Positions 1 through 11,637 of a stretch of DNA of 64,000 nt are shown here, piece after piece. The stretch is taken from contig MCFE01000056.1 in assembly GCA_002104905.1 (NCBI GenBank), positions 1-64,000 on the forward strand, read 5' to 3'. The DNA is from Basidiobolus meristosporus CBS 931.73 (Eukaryota > Fungi > Basidiobolomycota). Made by a program: the position numbers and the translations under genes. The notes under the pieces are model-generated. The model saw only the letters and a list, made by a program, of their open reading frames with translations. It had not been told where the DNA came from and did no database searches. The first letter of the stretch is position 1, and the number at the start of each line of letters is the position of its first letter.

Positions 1-1064
1 TCTTCAGTTTGACTGGGTTCAGTAGTTTCAGTTGACTCGCTTGTGGAGGACGGCTGAGGCTCAGTGCTGGTAGGTGTGATTTCAGTAGTGGGCTTTGGCA
101 AGTCACTGCATGCACCAACTTTGGACCAGACATCCTGCTGATTTTTTCCAGGAATATCGTTCAGTGTCCACCATTTGGCTTTCCACAAAAATTCGTCGTA
201 GGTCACTTGCTGGCTTCCAACATATGCAATTCCAGAATTCCATTGAGGGATATCAGCGCAAATGCCAACACCGGATGTTGGATTTGGTGCGGGGCTTACG
301 GTGGTTGTCGCATCGCAAGACCCTACTTCGACCCAAACTTGCTCTGGATTGTTTCCTGGCTCATTGTTGAGAGTCCACCATTTGGCTTTCCATAGGGAAC
401 CGTTATATATTACTTGCTGACTTCCGGTATATGCAACTCCAGAATTCCATTGAGGAATATCTGTACAAATACCAGTATCTGGTGTTGGCTCTGGATTCGA
501 GCTCGTAGTTGGGTTTGGTGTGGTGCTTGTAGCTGTATCTGGTTCTGGTTCTGGTGTGGTGCTTGTAGCCGTATCCGGTTCTGGCGTGGTGCTAGTAGTT
601 GGAATCGGCGTTGGGCTTGCTGTTGTTGTAGGCATCCCGTCACAAGGCCCCAAATCGACCCAAACTTGCTCTGGGTTGTTTCCCGGCTCATTGTTGAGCG
701 TCCACCACTTAGCTTTCCACAGATTTCCATTGTATGTTACTTGATTACTTCCAACGTAGGCAACTCCTGGGTTCCACGAATTTACCCCGGAGCAAACACC
801 ACTTCCGACATCCGCAGTAGGCTTCGGTGCTCCATCACATGCACCCAATTCAGCCCATACATCTTCCTGATTATTGCCGGGTTCATTGTTAAGAGTCCAC
901 CACTTGGCTTTCCATAGCTTTCCGTTGTATGTTACTTCGTTGCTACCGGTATATACATCCCCTGAATTCCATTGAGGTACTCCGGCACAGATATCGTTGG
1001 CCTGCCCATACGAGGCCAAGATCACCAGTGAAATGGCGGAGAGGGCTAACTTGGCTGAAGGCAT
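1..1064 (-). CDS. Secreted protein with four tandem CBM5/12 (ChtBD3) chitin-binding modules and S/T/P linkers; 3' part runs off the window (possible chitinase or LPMO)
   Basis: Manual translation from ATG at 1064 (MPSAKLALSAISLVILASYGQA, signal-like) stays open to base 1. It contains four copies of C..(V/I)..WNSG..Y.GS..V.Y...LWKAKWWTLN..PG.N...VW...G.C. Absent from the ORF track because no stop lies in the window. Confidence 0.9.
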   Translation of the reverse strand, partial: MPSAKLALSAISLVILASYGQANDICAGVPQWNSGDVYTGSNEVTYNGKLWKAKWWTLNNEPGNNQEDVWAELGACDGAPKPTADVGSGVCSGVNSWNPGVAYVGSNQVTYNGNLWKAKWWTLNNEPGNNPEQVWVDLGPCDGMPTTTASPTPIPTTSTTPEPDTATSTTPEPEPDTATSTTPNPTTSSNPEPTPDTGICTDIPQWNSGVAYTGSQQVIYNGSLWKAKWWTLNNEPGNNPEQVWVEVGSCDATTTVSPAPNPTSGVGICADIPQWNSGIAYVGSQQVTYDEFLWKAKWWTLNDIPGKNQQDVWSKVGACSDLPKPTTEITPTSTEPQPSSTSESTETTEPSQTE

Positions 1065-3162
1065 TTTCCGTTGGCTGGCGACAAAGATGCAAGCTATTGT
1101 TGAATCCACACCAAAAGTTTTTGTCGAGATCTTCATCCAGAGCCGGACTTTTATACCTTGCCATCTCGCAGATATCAAAATTGTTACTATTTCGGTAGTC
1201 CACTCCCTATTCAAACAATCGAGATTGAGTGGCCCATACCTACCGAATTCAGAATATAGTACTTCAATTTCACCGTATTTAATAATTCAAAAAATTTAGC
1301 CTTATTAGTCTATGGCTTACACTTGGGGCGGGGGCTCCTTGTCCAGCCGCTTCAGCAATCTAGGTTGAGGCTCGCTTTCACTCTTACATACAAGTCTGCC
1401 GGGGCCATGGTTTCGGTAGATATTTGAGCTAAATACAGCAACACAGATCAAGTCGCTAAATATAAGCCTGTTGAGGTTAATACTACTGGTCTACTACGTT
1501 GTCGGCTCTTCGGTGTATCACTCCGACTGCTGCTCCATCGTGGAAAAAGGGAATGGACAACCTCTACTTCCATATCAGAAAAAGCAGGGTAGATTTATCC
1601 ACAACTCCCAGAATAGAGAGTGGACCAATCAGCAAAGATATGTTGAACCGGTTTTCCTATTTGATCGTTAGATTCCGATCAATATCACGATACATGATAA
1701 CGTGTTGAGGCAGAAGCCCATTTAAGTACCTGATAGCTTGCAGTATCATTGTTTATTGTTCACATCTCCAATCTTGCTATTTAAGTGTGGCTTGAGATAC
1801 TTGCCGGAACCAATGGGAATGTTAGTGTGAATGGAATTTCCGGGCGTTTCTAGTCTATTCAGCCTGCTACTTTGACGAAGCCCTTTCATAATAATATGCG
1901 AGCATTACATACTTAATGATATAGGAACTTTAACCGAATCATCACAACTAATAAAATCGGATGATATAAAGGTCTCTCAGTTTTGCATTCAAAGTAGGTA
2001 CGTACCAGTGATATGAATAGCTTAACCGAATATAACCATGATTCATCGTCGTTCTACATAGAAGGAGCAGGCTGCAGTAGCTCAAAGGAGTTACGAAAGC
2101 AACATTTACGTACTAAATTAGCAGTCAAACTTTGACTCGAAATTAATTATTCCTATATCAACAGTTGGCATACCATTTGCAATATAACTTTTATTAGACC
2201 CTTGAATACTTATTAAACCTGTGTTGGACACTTGATTGTTTATTGAACCAGCATCTGACAACATCTATGCAGTGACTCACAAATTTGTTTTCTCAACCTT
2301 CAACTACATCTGATTAATGCTTAATACCCCCTTATTACAGAATGCATTGGTCAACGAGGCTTAAACCCATGTCTACACACGGCCAATGAAAAATATTCAT
2401 AACCAAGGCCCGAATGTTCGGAATCTGGGGCTCCGATCACCTGATTGTACAATAACGGTTATGGCTGAGATTGACAATACAGGTTTTTACCAAGTGGGAA
2501 GCCCGGATGCAGATTTTCACAGAGTGAATCTTCTCCGGCATCTATGATACATTTGCATCGCCACGCCTATTAGAACTCACACCGTTGGTAATCCTCTCAA
2601 AGAAGAGCATGGCTAATGAGATAAACTAGATATTTGACAATCATTTGATGATACCTGACCAATAATTGTAGGAAGCTTCAATTACTCTTATGATTGGAGG
2701 CCATTGAAGTCACGCCCATACTATTACAGAATCTTCTTTGGTCATTGACATGTATCTTGGTTGACGGCTTACCTTGTGCCAAGCCCTGAGGTCACAACTG
2801 AGCAGTGAATATCCACAACGAAGCGTGTCACCAGAGTAAGGATTGGTTTTGTGATAATATATTCTCACCGCTGTGATAGTGACTTTGAGTTCCAATCAAA
2901 ACGACCCCATAGTAGAGCACTAACAATACTCAAACAGGAACTGGGATCAAAATAAACAATGCATGAAAATCAAACAGTCTTACAACGTGGCCCGCGGATG
3001 GTACAGAATGCTGATCTGGTCAATGTGATTAAATAGATAGTCACGGGTTCCTAAAACGGCTATGCTTGTAGGTAATTCAGAGTGTGCAGTGTCATGCATG
3101 CTGATGTCATTTACGATGATCCGTTATAAAGTGACAGCGACACCGCGAGAGTTCACGATTAA

Positions 3163-3996
3163 ATGGAGTATCAACGCTTAACACGGTATGAAAGGTTCTT
3201 GGGTAGACCACGGCATCCAACGGTCAAACCCTTTCACCAAGCATGGAGAATAGCATTAGCCGAATTCGCTGCCACGTTGCTTTTTGTGTTTCTAGTATCC
3301 GCCTCTGTGAGCTCCCCTTCCGTTGCATACCCAAATAGCGATTTTGCATCCCAACAATTAATAACAGCTATGATTCAGGGCTTTGGTATCGCTGCCGCCA
3401 TTTATTTTGTGGCGAGCATATCCGGTGGACAACTAAATCCAGCCGTAACCCTATCCCTTTGGCTATTGGGACGCTTGGGATTTGTGCAATTCCTCTTGAA
3501 TGTCATCGCGCAGATGCTGGGAGCAATCTGCGGTGCCAGTTTGTATCTGGCTTGTGTTGGCCATGGACTGGCAGGCACCCTCGGGGCGACCATGCTTTCA
3601 CCCCAAATGTCCGTTGGTGGGGGATTTTTACTGGAATTCCTCATGACCTTTTTTCTCATCCTTGTCGTTCTTGGTACGGTGGTTGACGGTGACGACACCT
3701 CCTCACAGCTTGCACCACTTCCAATTGGGTTCATTGTTCTCGCCTGTGTAATGCTTGCCAAGCCGTATACTGGCGGTTCTTTGAATCCAGCTCGCTCATT
3801 TGGACCGGCTGTGGCCGCCTCTGGGATTACCCATGATGTGTGGACTCACCATTGGATATACTGGGTAGCTCCTCTCCTGGGAAGTGCCATAGCAACATTC
3901 TTGTACAGAGTTCTTTTCTTGTCTGACCCGGGAAAACGAAGCTTCTCCAATTCCTCCGACACCAATCTCAATCAAGTGACAACAATAGATGTGTAA
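3163..3996 (+). CDS. Aquaporin (MIP family)
   Basis: Two NPA boxes (GQLNPAVT, GSLNPARSFGPAV), six hydrophobic segments, HWIYWVAPLLG motif; single exon. Confidence 0.95.
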   Translation: MEYQRLTRYERFLGRPRHPTVKPFHQAWRIALAEFAATLLFVFLVSASVSSPSVAYPNSDFASQQLITAMIQGFGIAAAIYFVASISGGQLNPAVTLSLWLLGRLGFVQFLLNVIAQMLGAICGASLYLACVGHGLAGTLGATMLSPQMSVGGGFLLEFLMTFFLILVVLGTVVDGDDTSSQLAPLPIGFIVLACVMLAKPYTGGSLNPARSFGPAVAASGITHDVWTHHWIYWVAPLLGSAIATFLYRVLFLSDPGKRSFSNSSDTNLNQVTTIDV

Positions 3997-4761
3997 ATAA
4001 ATGACCAACAGAGCTGAGGAATTTTTCTGCCCATTTACTACCTGAGCGAAGCTGTAGCATCAGGACTATCCACGTGTACCAAGTCTAACTGAGCTCAAAT
4101 CCCCCCCCCAACAAAATGAAGTGAACGTTACAGATTGTTGGAGGAGTATGTATTGCTGCAACAAAAAGGAGTAATAAACTGTTTCAAGGAATGATGGAGT
4201 TCATGGCTTGCTTGAAAATAAGCAGTTTTCCTGCTGGATTTTGACACGCTGCTGCAGATGGTTTTATGTCATACCATTGCCTGGTGTCGGTCAACTGCTT
4301 CAGTCATTTCAAAATATAGAATCATGTGAATTTTCCTTTCAAACAGAAGTGAAGATCTTGTCAAATGATTTCAGTTTATCCGATGTTGTTTATTTCTTAT
4401 CAGCATTCACCCAGTGCGTATTTGAAATCCAATTCATCAAGCATCTCTGATCCACTCTGATAAGCGATATTTCTGCACCCAATAACCTTAAATATTATGA
4501 CGTGTTGATTGGTTCTGGAATAGATGACTCGTCGAATATAGAAAAGTTGTCAAAATGTTATCATCAATGATTTTCCCTGGTGATCAATTGGCTCATAGCG
4601 TTGAGGACGAATGCTATTTATATCGCGAATTCTTTGTCACCCAAAATAACCACATATCCTGACACCTCAGTGTATTTTTGTTCATGTATTCATCGTTTAT
4701 TGAAGTGATTGAACAGTAAGGTTTTAATGGCGATTCTTTTCTAGCCATGTGCTGGGTAGAT

Positions 4762-5082
4762 TTAGGCACCATGACATTGTAGAGAAGCATTGTTGTTCTT
4801 CAACCAGGCAGGGAGGTTAACGAATTTGCCAGTATATTCCACGGCCCAGGCTCTACCTTTGCAATCGGAGAGCTCGAATATGTGGCAGCCGGCACGGTTG
4901 TTCACCCTGACGCTGGCCATGTTGTTCTTAATATCTGGTTGGAAATTACAACAGTTCTCAACGCTGCAATTTCTCTCGGAGCAGTTTACACCGTTAGAGT
5001 TGATACAGGCAGTAATAGCACCACCTTGGACCAGCGGGGTGGCAAGAAGCAGGGCAGACAAAGCAGCGATGAAGGAGCGCAT
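4762..5082 (-). CDS. Small secreted Cys-rich protein, beta/gamma-crystallin-like, 106 aa
   Basis: ATG at 5082 gives a signal peptide (MRSFIAALSALLLATPLVQG). The mature part has NNMASVRV..GCHIF...DCKG...L...NNNASLQC, resembling the crystallin Greek-key pattern. Confidence 0.7.
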   Translation of the reverse strand: MRSFIAALSALLLATPLVQGGAITACINSNGVNCSERNCSVENCCNFQPDIKNNMASVRVNNRAGCHIFELSDCKGRAWAVEYTGKFVNLPAWLKNNNASLQCHGA

Positions 5083-6509
5083 AATGGTTAAAATGAAACG
5101 GATACCCGGTGGGGATTCGGAAAACTTCATATATATGTCTATGCTGTTGGGGAATCGGTTCAGTATCCTAAGGTCGTTGATATCCGCAATATACTTGTGC
5201 AACTTTGGTGCCAATGTTTGTGTAAATAAGTGTAGAAGATTATTTTGCCCCAAATAATGGATTTGGTGATGATCGTCTCATATTGCCCTAATGTACGACG
5301 AGTGTTAATATCCGGTGTCTGTGTAAGCGAAGTTCGTACAGTTCCCAGCTTAGATTTGACCCTCATCGCTCTTTATTCAACATGTCACCTAAAATATGCA
5401 AATTGACTCGGCTTATTGAAACCGATATAGCGGGTTCATAGATGAGATGACTGCAAAAGCCATAACACAACATGGATTGATATTCTCACCACAACCCCAG
5501 TAGCGAAACCATGAGTTGTCAAAATCCAACATCTCAATAATTTCTAGTTTCATTTACACGTGCCATATTATACATTGAGCAGAATGTACACCTGGAGTAA
5601 ACAGTAGTGTGGAGGGATGCAAAACGTACATACGTATACATGAACACAATCAACAGTCAGTATATTTTGAAAGAGTCTATTTGCGGTATAGGATATGGTG
5701 ATAGTGCGGATTACTAAGTGGGCGAGTATCAATATAGGTCACTTCTTTTCGCAATGTAATGTTGTATAAACATGGCCCACCTTGGCAAGGCCCTGCACAG
5801 TGCGATGTTATCCACCAGTCGTCACTCACGTTGCTGCGATACGCCTTGCGAACCGGATTTTACCTGATCGCAGAATCAGCATGCGAGTTAGCGAGGTGTG
5901 TTACTTGAAGCCAGGTTCCAACCCTAGGGTAGAGGTATGGTATTGTGGTGATCAACCTAAACATTAACATTCTGGCGGACACCACCAATGATCACTCTAG
6001 GACTCCGCTGCTAGGTGCGTGTGGTTGCTTGTGGCAAATCCACTTTGGCCCTCAATTAATCGGATCTCAAAACCTAGCCCATATTTCATGAATATTTTTT
6101 CCGAGCCCCTTCTTAATTGAACGATATTCTCATGGTGGCTTTTGTAGGTATATAGGTTAATGAGAATGTCCGCATCTTTCGTGCACCCTCTATACCCATA
6201 ATCATATCTTATCATGGCGGACTATTCAACATATGTTTAAGAGTGAGGGACCTCATTAAGTAATAATGAGATTCCGGGCGAGATTTTCAACCAGGCAAAA
6301 CAACGTTCTGCAGACACCAGGTGCACAGGATGTTGGCAAAGCTGGAGAACCACTGAATGTTCCTTTGTTACCCCAGAAGGTTCGGTTAAGCGCTTGAAAT
6401 TATCATTACCGGATTTCTGTTTGGTATGATGGGAAAACTTCCCCTCCCCCAACTGGACCACATAATCTCCCTAAATTGGAAAAAAAATCACGCAATCAAG
6501 AGAACGTTG

Positions 6510-6582
6510 CGACCCAGGTGGGGGTCGAACCCACGACTTTCTCCTCCGGAGGGAGACACTCTTTCCACTGAGCTACAGGGCC
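6510..6582 (-). tRNA. tRNA-Arg(CCG), copy 1
   Basis: Cloverleaf; anticodon arm TCTCC-CT CCG GA-GGAGA, T-loop TTCGACC, 73 nt, downstream T-run on the minus strand. Confidence 0.93.
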
Positions 6583-6730
6583 TTTTCTTACAAACGATTA
6601 TCCGCGAGTCTTCTAGTAATATTCATTGTGCAAACAACGGAATCCTTTGGCGTTACGCACTTGAATGGACAATTAATTTTGCTTTCAAACGTAAATGACT
6701 GTTGTTTTTCGAGAAAGGAAGAGCAAAAAT

Positions 6731-6812
6731 TGATGAGAGTGGGGTTCGAACCCACGCCTCCGGAGAGACTGCGACCTGAACGCAGCGCCTTAGACCACTC
6801 GGCCATCTCACC
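6731..6812 (-). tRNA. tRNA-Leu(CAG), copy 1
   Basis: GGTGAGATGGCCGAGTGGTCTAAGGC..., anticodon arm CTGCG-TT CAG GT-CGCAG, long variable arm, 82 nt. Confidence 0.95.
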
Positions 6813-6847
6813 AATTATTAGTGATTATAGAGTAAAGAGTCACTCGA

Positions 6848-7151
6848 TGTTAAGTGACATCAACGCATACAAAGACGACTTAGTAGCCAGGGAAAAGCAA
6901 ATCAAAGACAAATCACCAGACTCACAATAAGGTATAAATACCAAACAAGCAACTAAATAAAAAGGGAGTTTTTTGGTTATAGGCAGAAGAGCGTAGTAGG
7001 AACGAATATTAGCTTGAATATATTTCTACAAAGTCACCACCCTAACCTTTTAAAGAGATATTCTTACACTACCCCGTCGAATCTACAAGATAACATACAC
7101 GTTATCCCTTTTCGTACTCTCTAAAGGACATTACTCTTTAAGTACGTAACA
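6848..7151 (+). repeat. LTR-like direct repeat A (TGTT...AACA)
   Basis: 304 bp with inverted TGTT/AACA termini and internal TATAAATA; clearly related to the copy at 7181-7469. Confidence 0.7.
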
Positions 7152-7180
7152 TTATTCTTTCAGAGTAAGGAGTCACTCGA

Positions 7181-7469
7181 TGTTAAGTGACATCAACGCA
7201 TACAAAGACGACTTAGTAGCCGGGGAAAAGTAAAACAAGACAGATCATCAGACTCACAATAAGGTATAAATACCAATCAAATAAAGGATAAGTTTGGTTA
7301 GAAGTAGGAAGAGCGGTAGAAACGAGTATTATTTTGAATATATTTCTACAAGTCACCATCCTAACCTTTTAAGAGATATTCTTACACTACCCTGTCGAAT
7401 CTACGAGATAACATACACGTTATCTAATTCCGTACTCTTTAAAGGACATTACTCTTTATGTACGTAACA
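7181..7469 (+). repeat. LTR-like direct repeat B (TGTT...AACA), upstream of gag relic
   Basis: Diverged tandem copy of 6848-7151 with the same termini. Confidence 0.7.
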
Positions 7470-7808
7470 TTATATTGTTCAAAGATAAACACGGATCAAA
7501 GCTAAGAAGCGAAAAATGCACGGATCACATGAAGGATAATCTGAGACAACACCATATGAGCATCTAGATAAGGGTCCAGTACCACACAAATTTAGCACTA
7601 CCACGACTCGAGAAGAATAACAAAGTCGCACTGCTTTAGGATAAAATAATATGACTATCAAACATGTCAAAAGCATAAATGAACAAGTAACTTGCAATAA
7701 ACACGCCCCTTGTGGATATTTGACGGACCAGAATACAACATTGGTAGAGGACCTCAAGAACCAAGAAGAAAAAAACAACTTGCAACACTCAAGAAAGAAA
7801 GAATCTAA

Positions 7809-8237
7809 ATGGAGGCACTCCAGCAACAAGTTGCAGAACTCTCCTTATTGGTAGCCCAACTGCGTTATAATAGAACGGTTGAGTGCAAAGCAAAAATACG
7901 AAAACCAAGCGAATACACAGGAAAACGGGATGCCGAGATGGTTGAATCTTGGTTATTCGCAATGCATCGGTATCTAGTACTTAACCAAGTACTAGAAACA
8001 GACATGCATGTTTATGCTGCCACCTTTCTAACAGACGACGCACTGATATGGTATCGAGCCTATCAGCAGGGAGTGGATGAGGGAACAGCTATGCAATTTG
8101 TCAATTTTGACCAATTTGCAATTGCAGTAAGAGATGCATTTAAACCTCATAACTCAGCTAAACGAGCCCGGGATAAACTTGCATCCTTACGGCAAACGGG
8201 ATCAGCCGAAAAATTCACTAAGAAATTCTTACGCTGA
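7809..8237 (+). pseudogene. Ty3/gypsy gag (retrotransposon capsid domain) relic
   Basis: KPSEYTG...SWL...A.IWY...F..F...V.DAF...DKLASLRQTGSAEKF.KKF matches the Retrotrans_gag pattern; ends in a stop with no recognisable pol. Confidence 0.75.
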
Positions 8238-9320
8238 CAATTACTCAGCCTACACACTCATTAACTACAAGACAAATTTCGTACGGTAACAGAGCCTTGA
8301 ACATAACGTCAAATCCATTCTCCAAATAACACTTTACCAGTCTTGGACCGAGAACGCATTTATTAATGGGCAGTAAACGTAACATTTCGGTAGCAGTGAA
8401 CTTACAAATCCGTGACACAGGCCCAGACCTAAACCACGAACCCCAACATGACCCGCTTAAAGTCTGGATCCATCGAAGATATGAAAAACTATATTGACCA
8501 ACTGGGGAACCAACTTTCTACAACACCAACAAACCATTCTCAACACGCGGCCTTTAATCAAAACGTACACTAAACCTCATTTACCAGCCTCATCCTTGAC
8601 CACTAGCAAGTGAGACTATGAATGTCCCCAACACCCCTACTACCACATTTTAAATACTCACAGTAAACCGTATGGATCTTAATTCCATAACCTCCCACAT
8701 GCAGCACTTTATATCAAAGGAAGAATATTCACGGAGAGGACTTTGTTTCTATTGATATAAATGAATTTGGATACCTAGCTACTAATTGCCTCACAGGAGG
8801 TGCGAAATCATCAAGCAGGTATCCAGTCCAAATGGTAGAACAAAAAGTGCATACATTAATGACCAGTGTCTCAAAATCCTAGCATATAACAACTTTTGTT
8901 TGGCCTACATTGCTAACGACCCAAAATTGCATTCCATGCCTTTCCTATGGCAGGTGTATTATCTTGTTTATATTGCTGAGGAACTAACGTTTCGTCGTGA
9001 TATATATATATATTCCACACTAGAACGATTTCACTACGCTTTGGTCATTTAATTTATGTACTGATGTAAGATTATATAAGTGAAATTCAGCAACGGCAAT
9101 ATAGAGCAACTAACCTACCTAATGATTCAAAATCATTTCACGCACCCGATGTTGCATTGATAGTGTATCGAAATTCTCTCCGGTGAGCACTCCTGAGAAA
9201 CTGGGTGGGGATGCTTGTGGTAGGCATTATCGATTTTTGACTCTTCCGGAATAAGCCTCTGGAAATTATCTAGTTATACAACATCAATTCTCTAAAAATC
9301 AATGGCACAAAAGAATGCTA

Positions 9321-9393
9321 CGACCCAGGTGGGGGTCGAACCCACGACTTTCTCCTCCGGAGGGAGACACTCTTTCCACTGAGCTACAGGGCC
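9321..9393 (-). tRNA. tRNA-Arg(CCG), copy 2
   Basis: Same sequence as copy 1. Confidence 0.93.
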
Positions 9394-9405
9394 ATTCCTT
9401 GGTAA

Positions 9406-9715
9406 TGTTATGATTTAAATCCTAACTAGTCACTACCGATCACTTGAACACTACTGATCGAACACCTGGAATTCCACACAGACGATCAATCGCACTCAGT
9501 GATACACACGTTATTTAATACATCTTGAACCCTCCTTTTGGAAGCTTGCCCTACGTTATCGGAAGCTCTCCCTCCGAGGCTATCTCTATATAAACTCCTT
9601 TGAACACTATCAATAAAGCATCAACCTTTTACCGGTTCATCAACTATTCAGATAACCTCTCTGATTCGTATTGGACATCCTCCGGTCCTCCTCCGCTTGC
9701 CCTCGATTCATAACA
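9406..9715. mobile_element. Solo LTR with 4-bp target-site duplication
   Basis: Perfect TGTTATGA...TCATAACA termini flanked by GTAA at 9402-9405 and 9716-9719; begins 12 bp upstream of the tRNA-Arg 5' end. Confidence 0.85.
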
Positions 9716-9911
9716 GTAACGAGAACTCGTCAGTCTTCTTGTAATATTCATTGTGTTAACAATTAAATATTCAAGCTATTACGCTTTCGAATTGCCAAAT
9801 GATTGTGGTCAACAATAAAAGAGTCAAAAGGCAATAAAAATCTAACCCACGAGTCGCTTGAATCACGACTAGCTAAAATGTCGGTTATCTTTTAATAAAG
9901 AAAAAGCATAG

Positions 9912-9993
9912 TGATGAGAGTGGGGTTCGAACCCACGCCTCCGGAGAGACTGCGACCTGAACGCAGCGCCTTGGACCACTCGGCCATCTCACC
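9912..9993 (-). tRNA. tRNA-Leu(CAG), copy 2
   Basis: Same as copy 1 except one D-loop change (GGTCCAAGG vs GGTCTAAGG). Confidence 0.95.
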
Positions 9994-11235
9994 GTGCTGA
10001 TTTTTTTGCAGGGTAAAGTATACGTATAGAATAAGTGGTAGGTACTCCGTAGAGGACAATTATCTGTACTGATACAAGACCAATTATGCGAACTGCACCC
10101 AAATAGAGTTACTCTGACAAAAACCCTATCTATCACTAATTCATCACTAAAATCTAATTTAGCATACAGTATATAAAGCACACCATGAATAACTATTGCA
10201 GGCAGACTCGTACACGAATAAAGTATCTTCTCCCTTGCATCCTGGATCAACTCTTACTCTCACTGGAATCCCAAGAGATTTATTGTTTAGCCGGGATTTC
10301 CCTCTACGAGCGTAACATTTTGTTATATAGTTAAATACGATCTAACATAAAAGAAGGAAAGGCTGACCAAAATCCTACATAGGAAAGTATAATTAGCCCA
10401 CACAACATACCGTGGTCATATAAATACCTATCTCTATTTCCACGAGTCGGCAGTTGGTTTGGATATAGATCCTGAGCTAGAAGGAAGAATATCATTCCAG
10501 CACTGACGGACTTGACTGTTTCCTCTATCCATTATATTCTAAATAAATACCCGTCTTCTTATTAAAGGCCCCTTCCCCCTAGGCGAACATACCACTACCA
10601 TACATCTTTATTCTTTACTACGTGGCCTCTAACCCCGTAGCAGTTTATAGAGTTTATATCTCCTATCAATACAGATAGGGAGACATATTGACGTACCCAC
10701 ATGAATTTTTAAAAGGACTGCCTTTGATATATCAGTCTCGTACGGTTTATATCTCCTCGCTGTACCTTGTTCTGGGTACACTATTTCTTCATTCCATGTG
10801 ACCTTGCCATTAGTTAGAAACTCGATTCAAAAAGCCAAACTCTTGTGTTGTATCAAATATTGTTGCATACCACTGTTGTGGTACCACGGCCTCTCGGCCC
10901 TCCATCATCCTGCTGATACTTGTCACTTCTTACCGCAATATTTTTGAGTGCTCGAAACTACGAGAGGTGCACTTGAATTACTATCTCTGCCATTTCAGAA
11001 ACCCAGGTATTTTGTATCTATCTAGTGTGCAGTACTGGTGAATCAGTAACCCCAGTGTTTATCTAGCGCTGGCTTCACGTATTTAATGGTGTTGACTAAT
11101 GACCGGATTGCAAGCTAATGTTGCTGATTAATTTCTGCGCACATACGTTCATTCGGCAGATTCACACACGTTGATGAAATATTCCAGATGAAATTAATTA
11201 TTGAATTTTAGTTGATTGAAAATGGGGATAATATC

Positions 11236-11462
11236 AAGCTGTCAGAATGTGCAAACCGTCCTCGCCAGGCTGTTGGAATAATCAACCGGCAAGTTCATCA
11301 ACTGAGTAGGTCCTATGGCCCCGAAGGTCCGATCGGTCACTACTCACACTTCCCTTTACGGACAGCGCACTACATCTCATCTACCAGCTTGGTATTAGTG
11401 TCTTTGTTGGGAAACAAAGACTGGGAATGTACTATATACATAATCCTGTAAAGTACAGTCGT
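11236..11462 (-). ncRNA. U3 snoRNA, copy a (ends approximate)
   Basis: 5' ACGACUGUACUUUACAGGAUUAUGUAUAUAG resembles U3 boxes A'/A. It also has box C' GAUGA, box B GUGUGAG, box C UUGAUGA, box D CUGA and a closing stem AAGCUG/CAGCUU. About 227 nt, no intron, TATAAATA ~27-34 nt upstream. Confidence 0.85.
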
Positions 11463-11637
11463 GAAGAACAATCGATACACTTGCTCCCTATTTATACTTT
11501 TCTCTCTATAAGAAAATTTCTGGCAGATGGGGGAAAAATCAAATATTCGACTGCAAATATTTCGTATCCCACACTAATTCGATCCTGACACATAACAAAA
11601 TGACTCCCAATTTCAAACTGAAATACCAATATAATAA

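Noticed and set aside
1300-3100. Short ORFs at 1471, 1499 and 2710
   Set aside because: No motifs and no supporting gene structure.
5997-6461. Minus-strand ORFs with YGYRGCTKDADILI, vaguely nucleotidyltransferase-like
   Set aside because: No coherent gene model could be built; the motif is too short to support a call.
9994-10760. Possible further LTR relics (…CGTAACA at 10317, TGTTATA at 10321)
   Set aside because: Matching opposite termini and TSDs were not found.
11212-11451. Identical ~75-79 aa ORFs at 11212 and 15670
   Set aside because: They are the antisense of the U3 snoRNA copies; nucleotide identity reflects RNA conservation.
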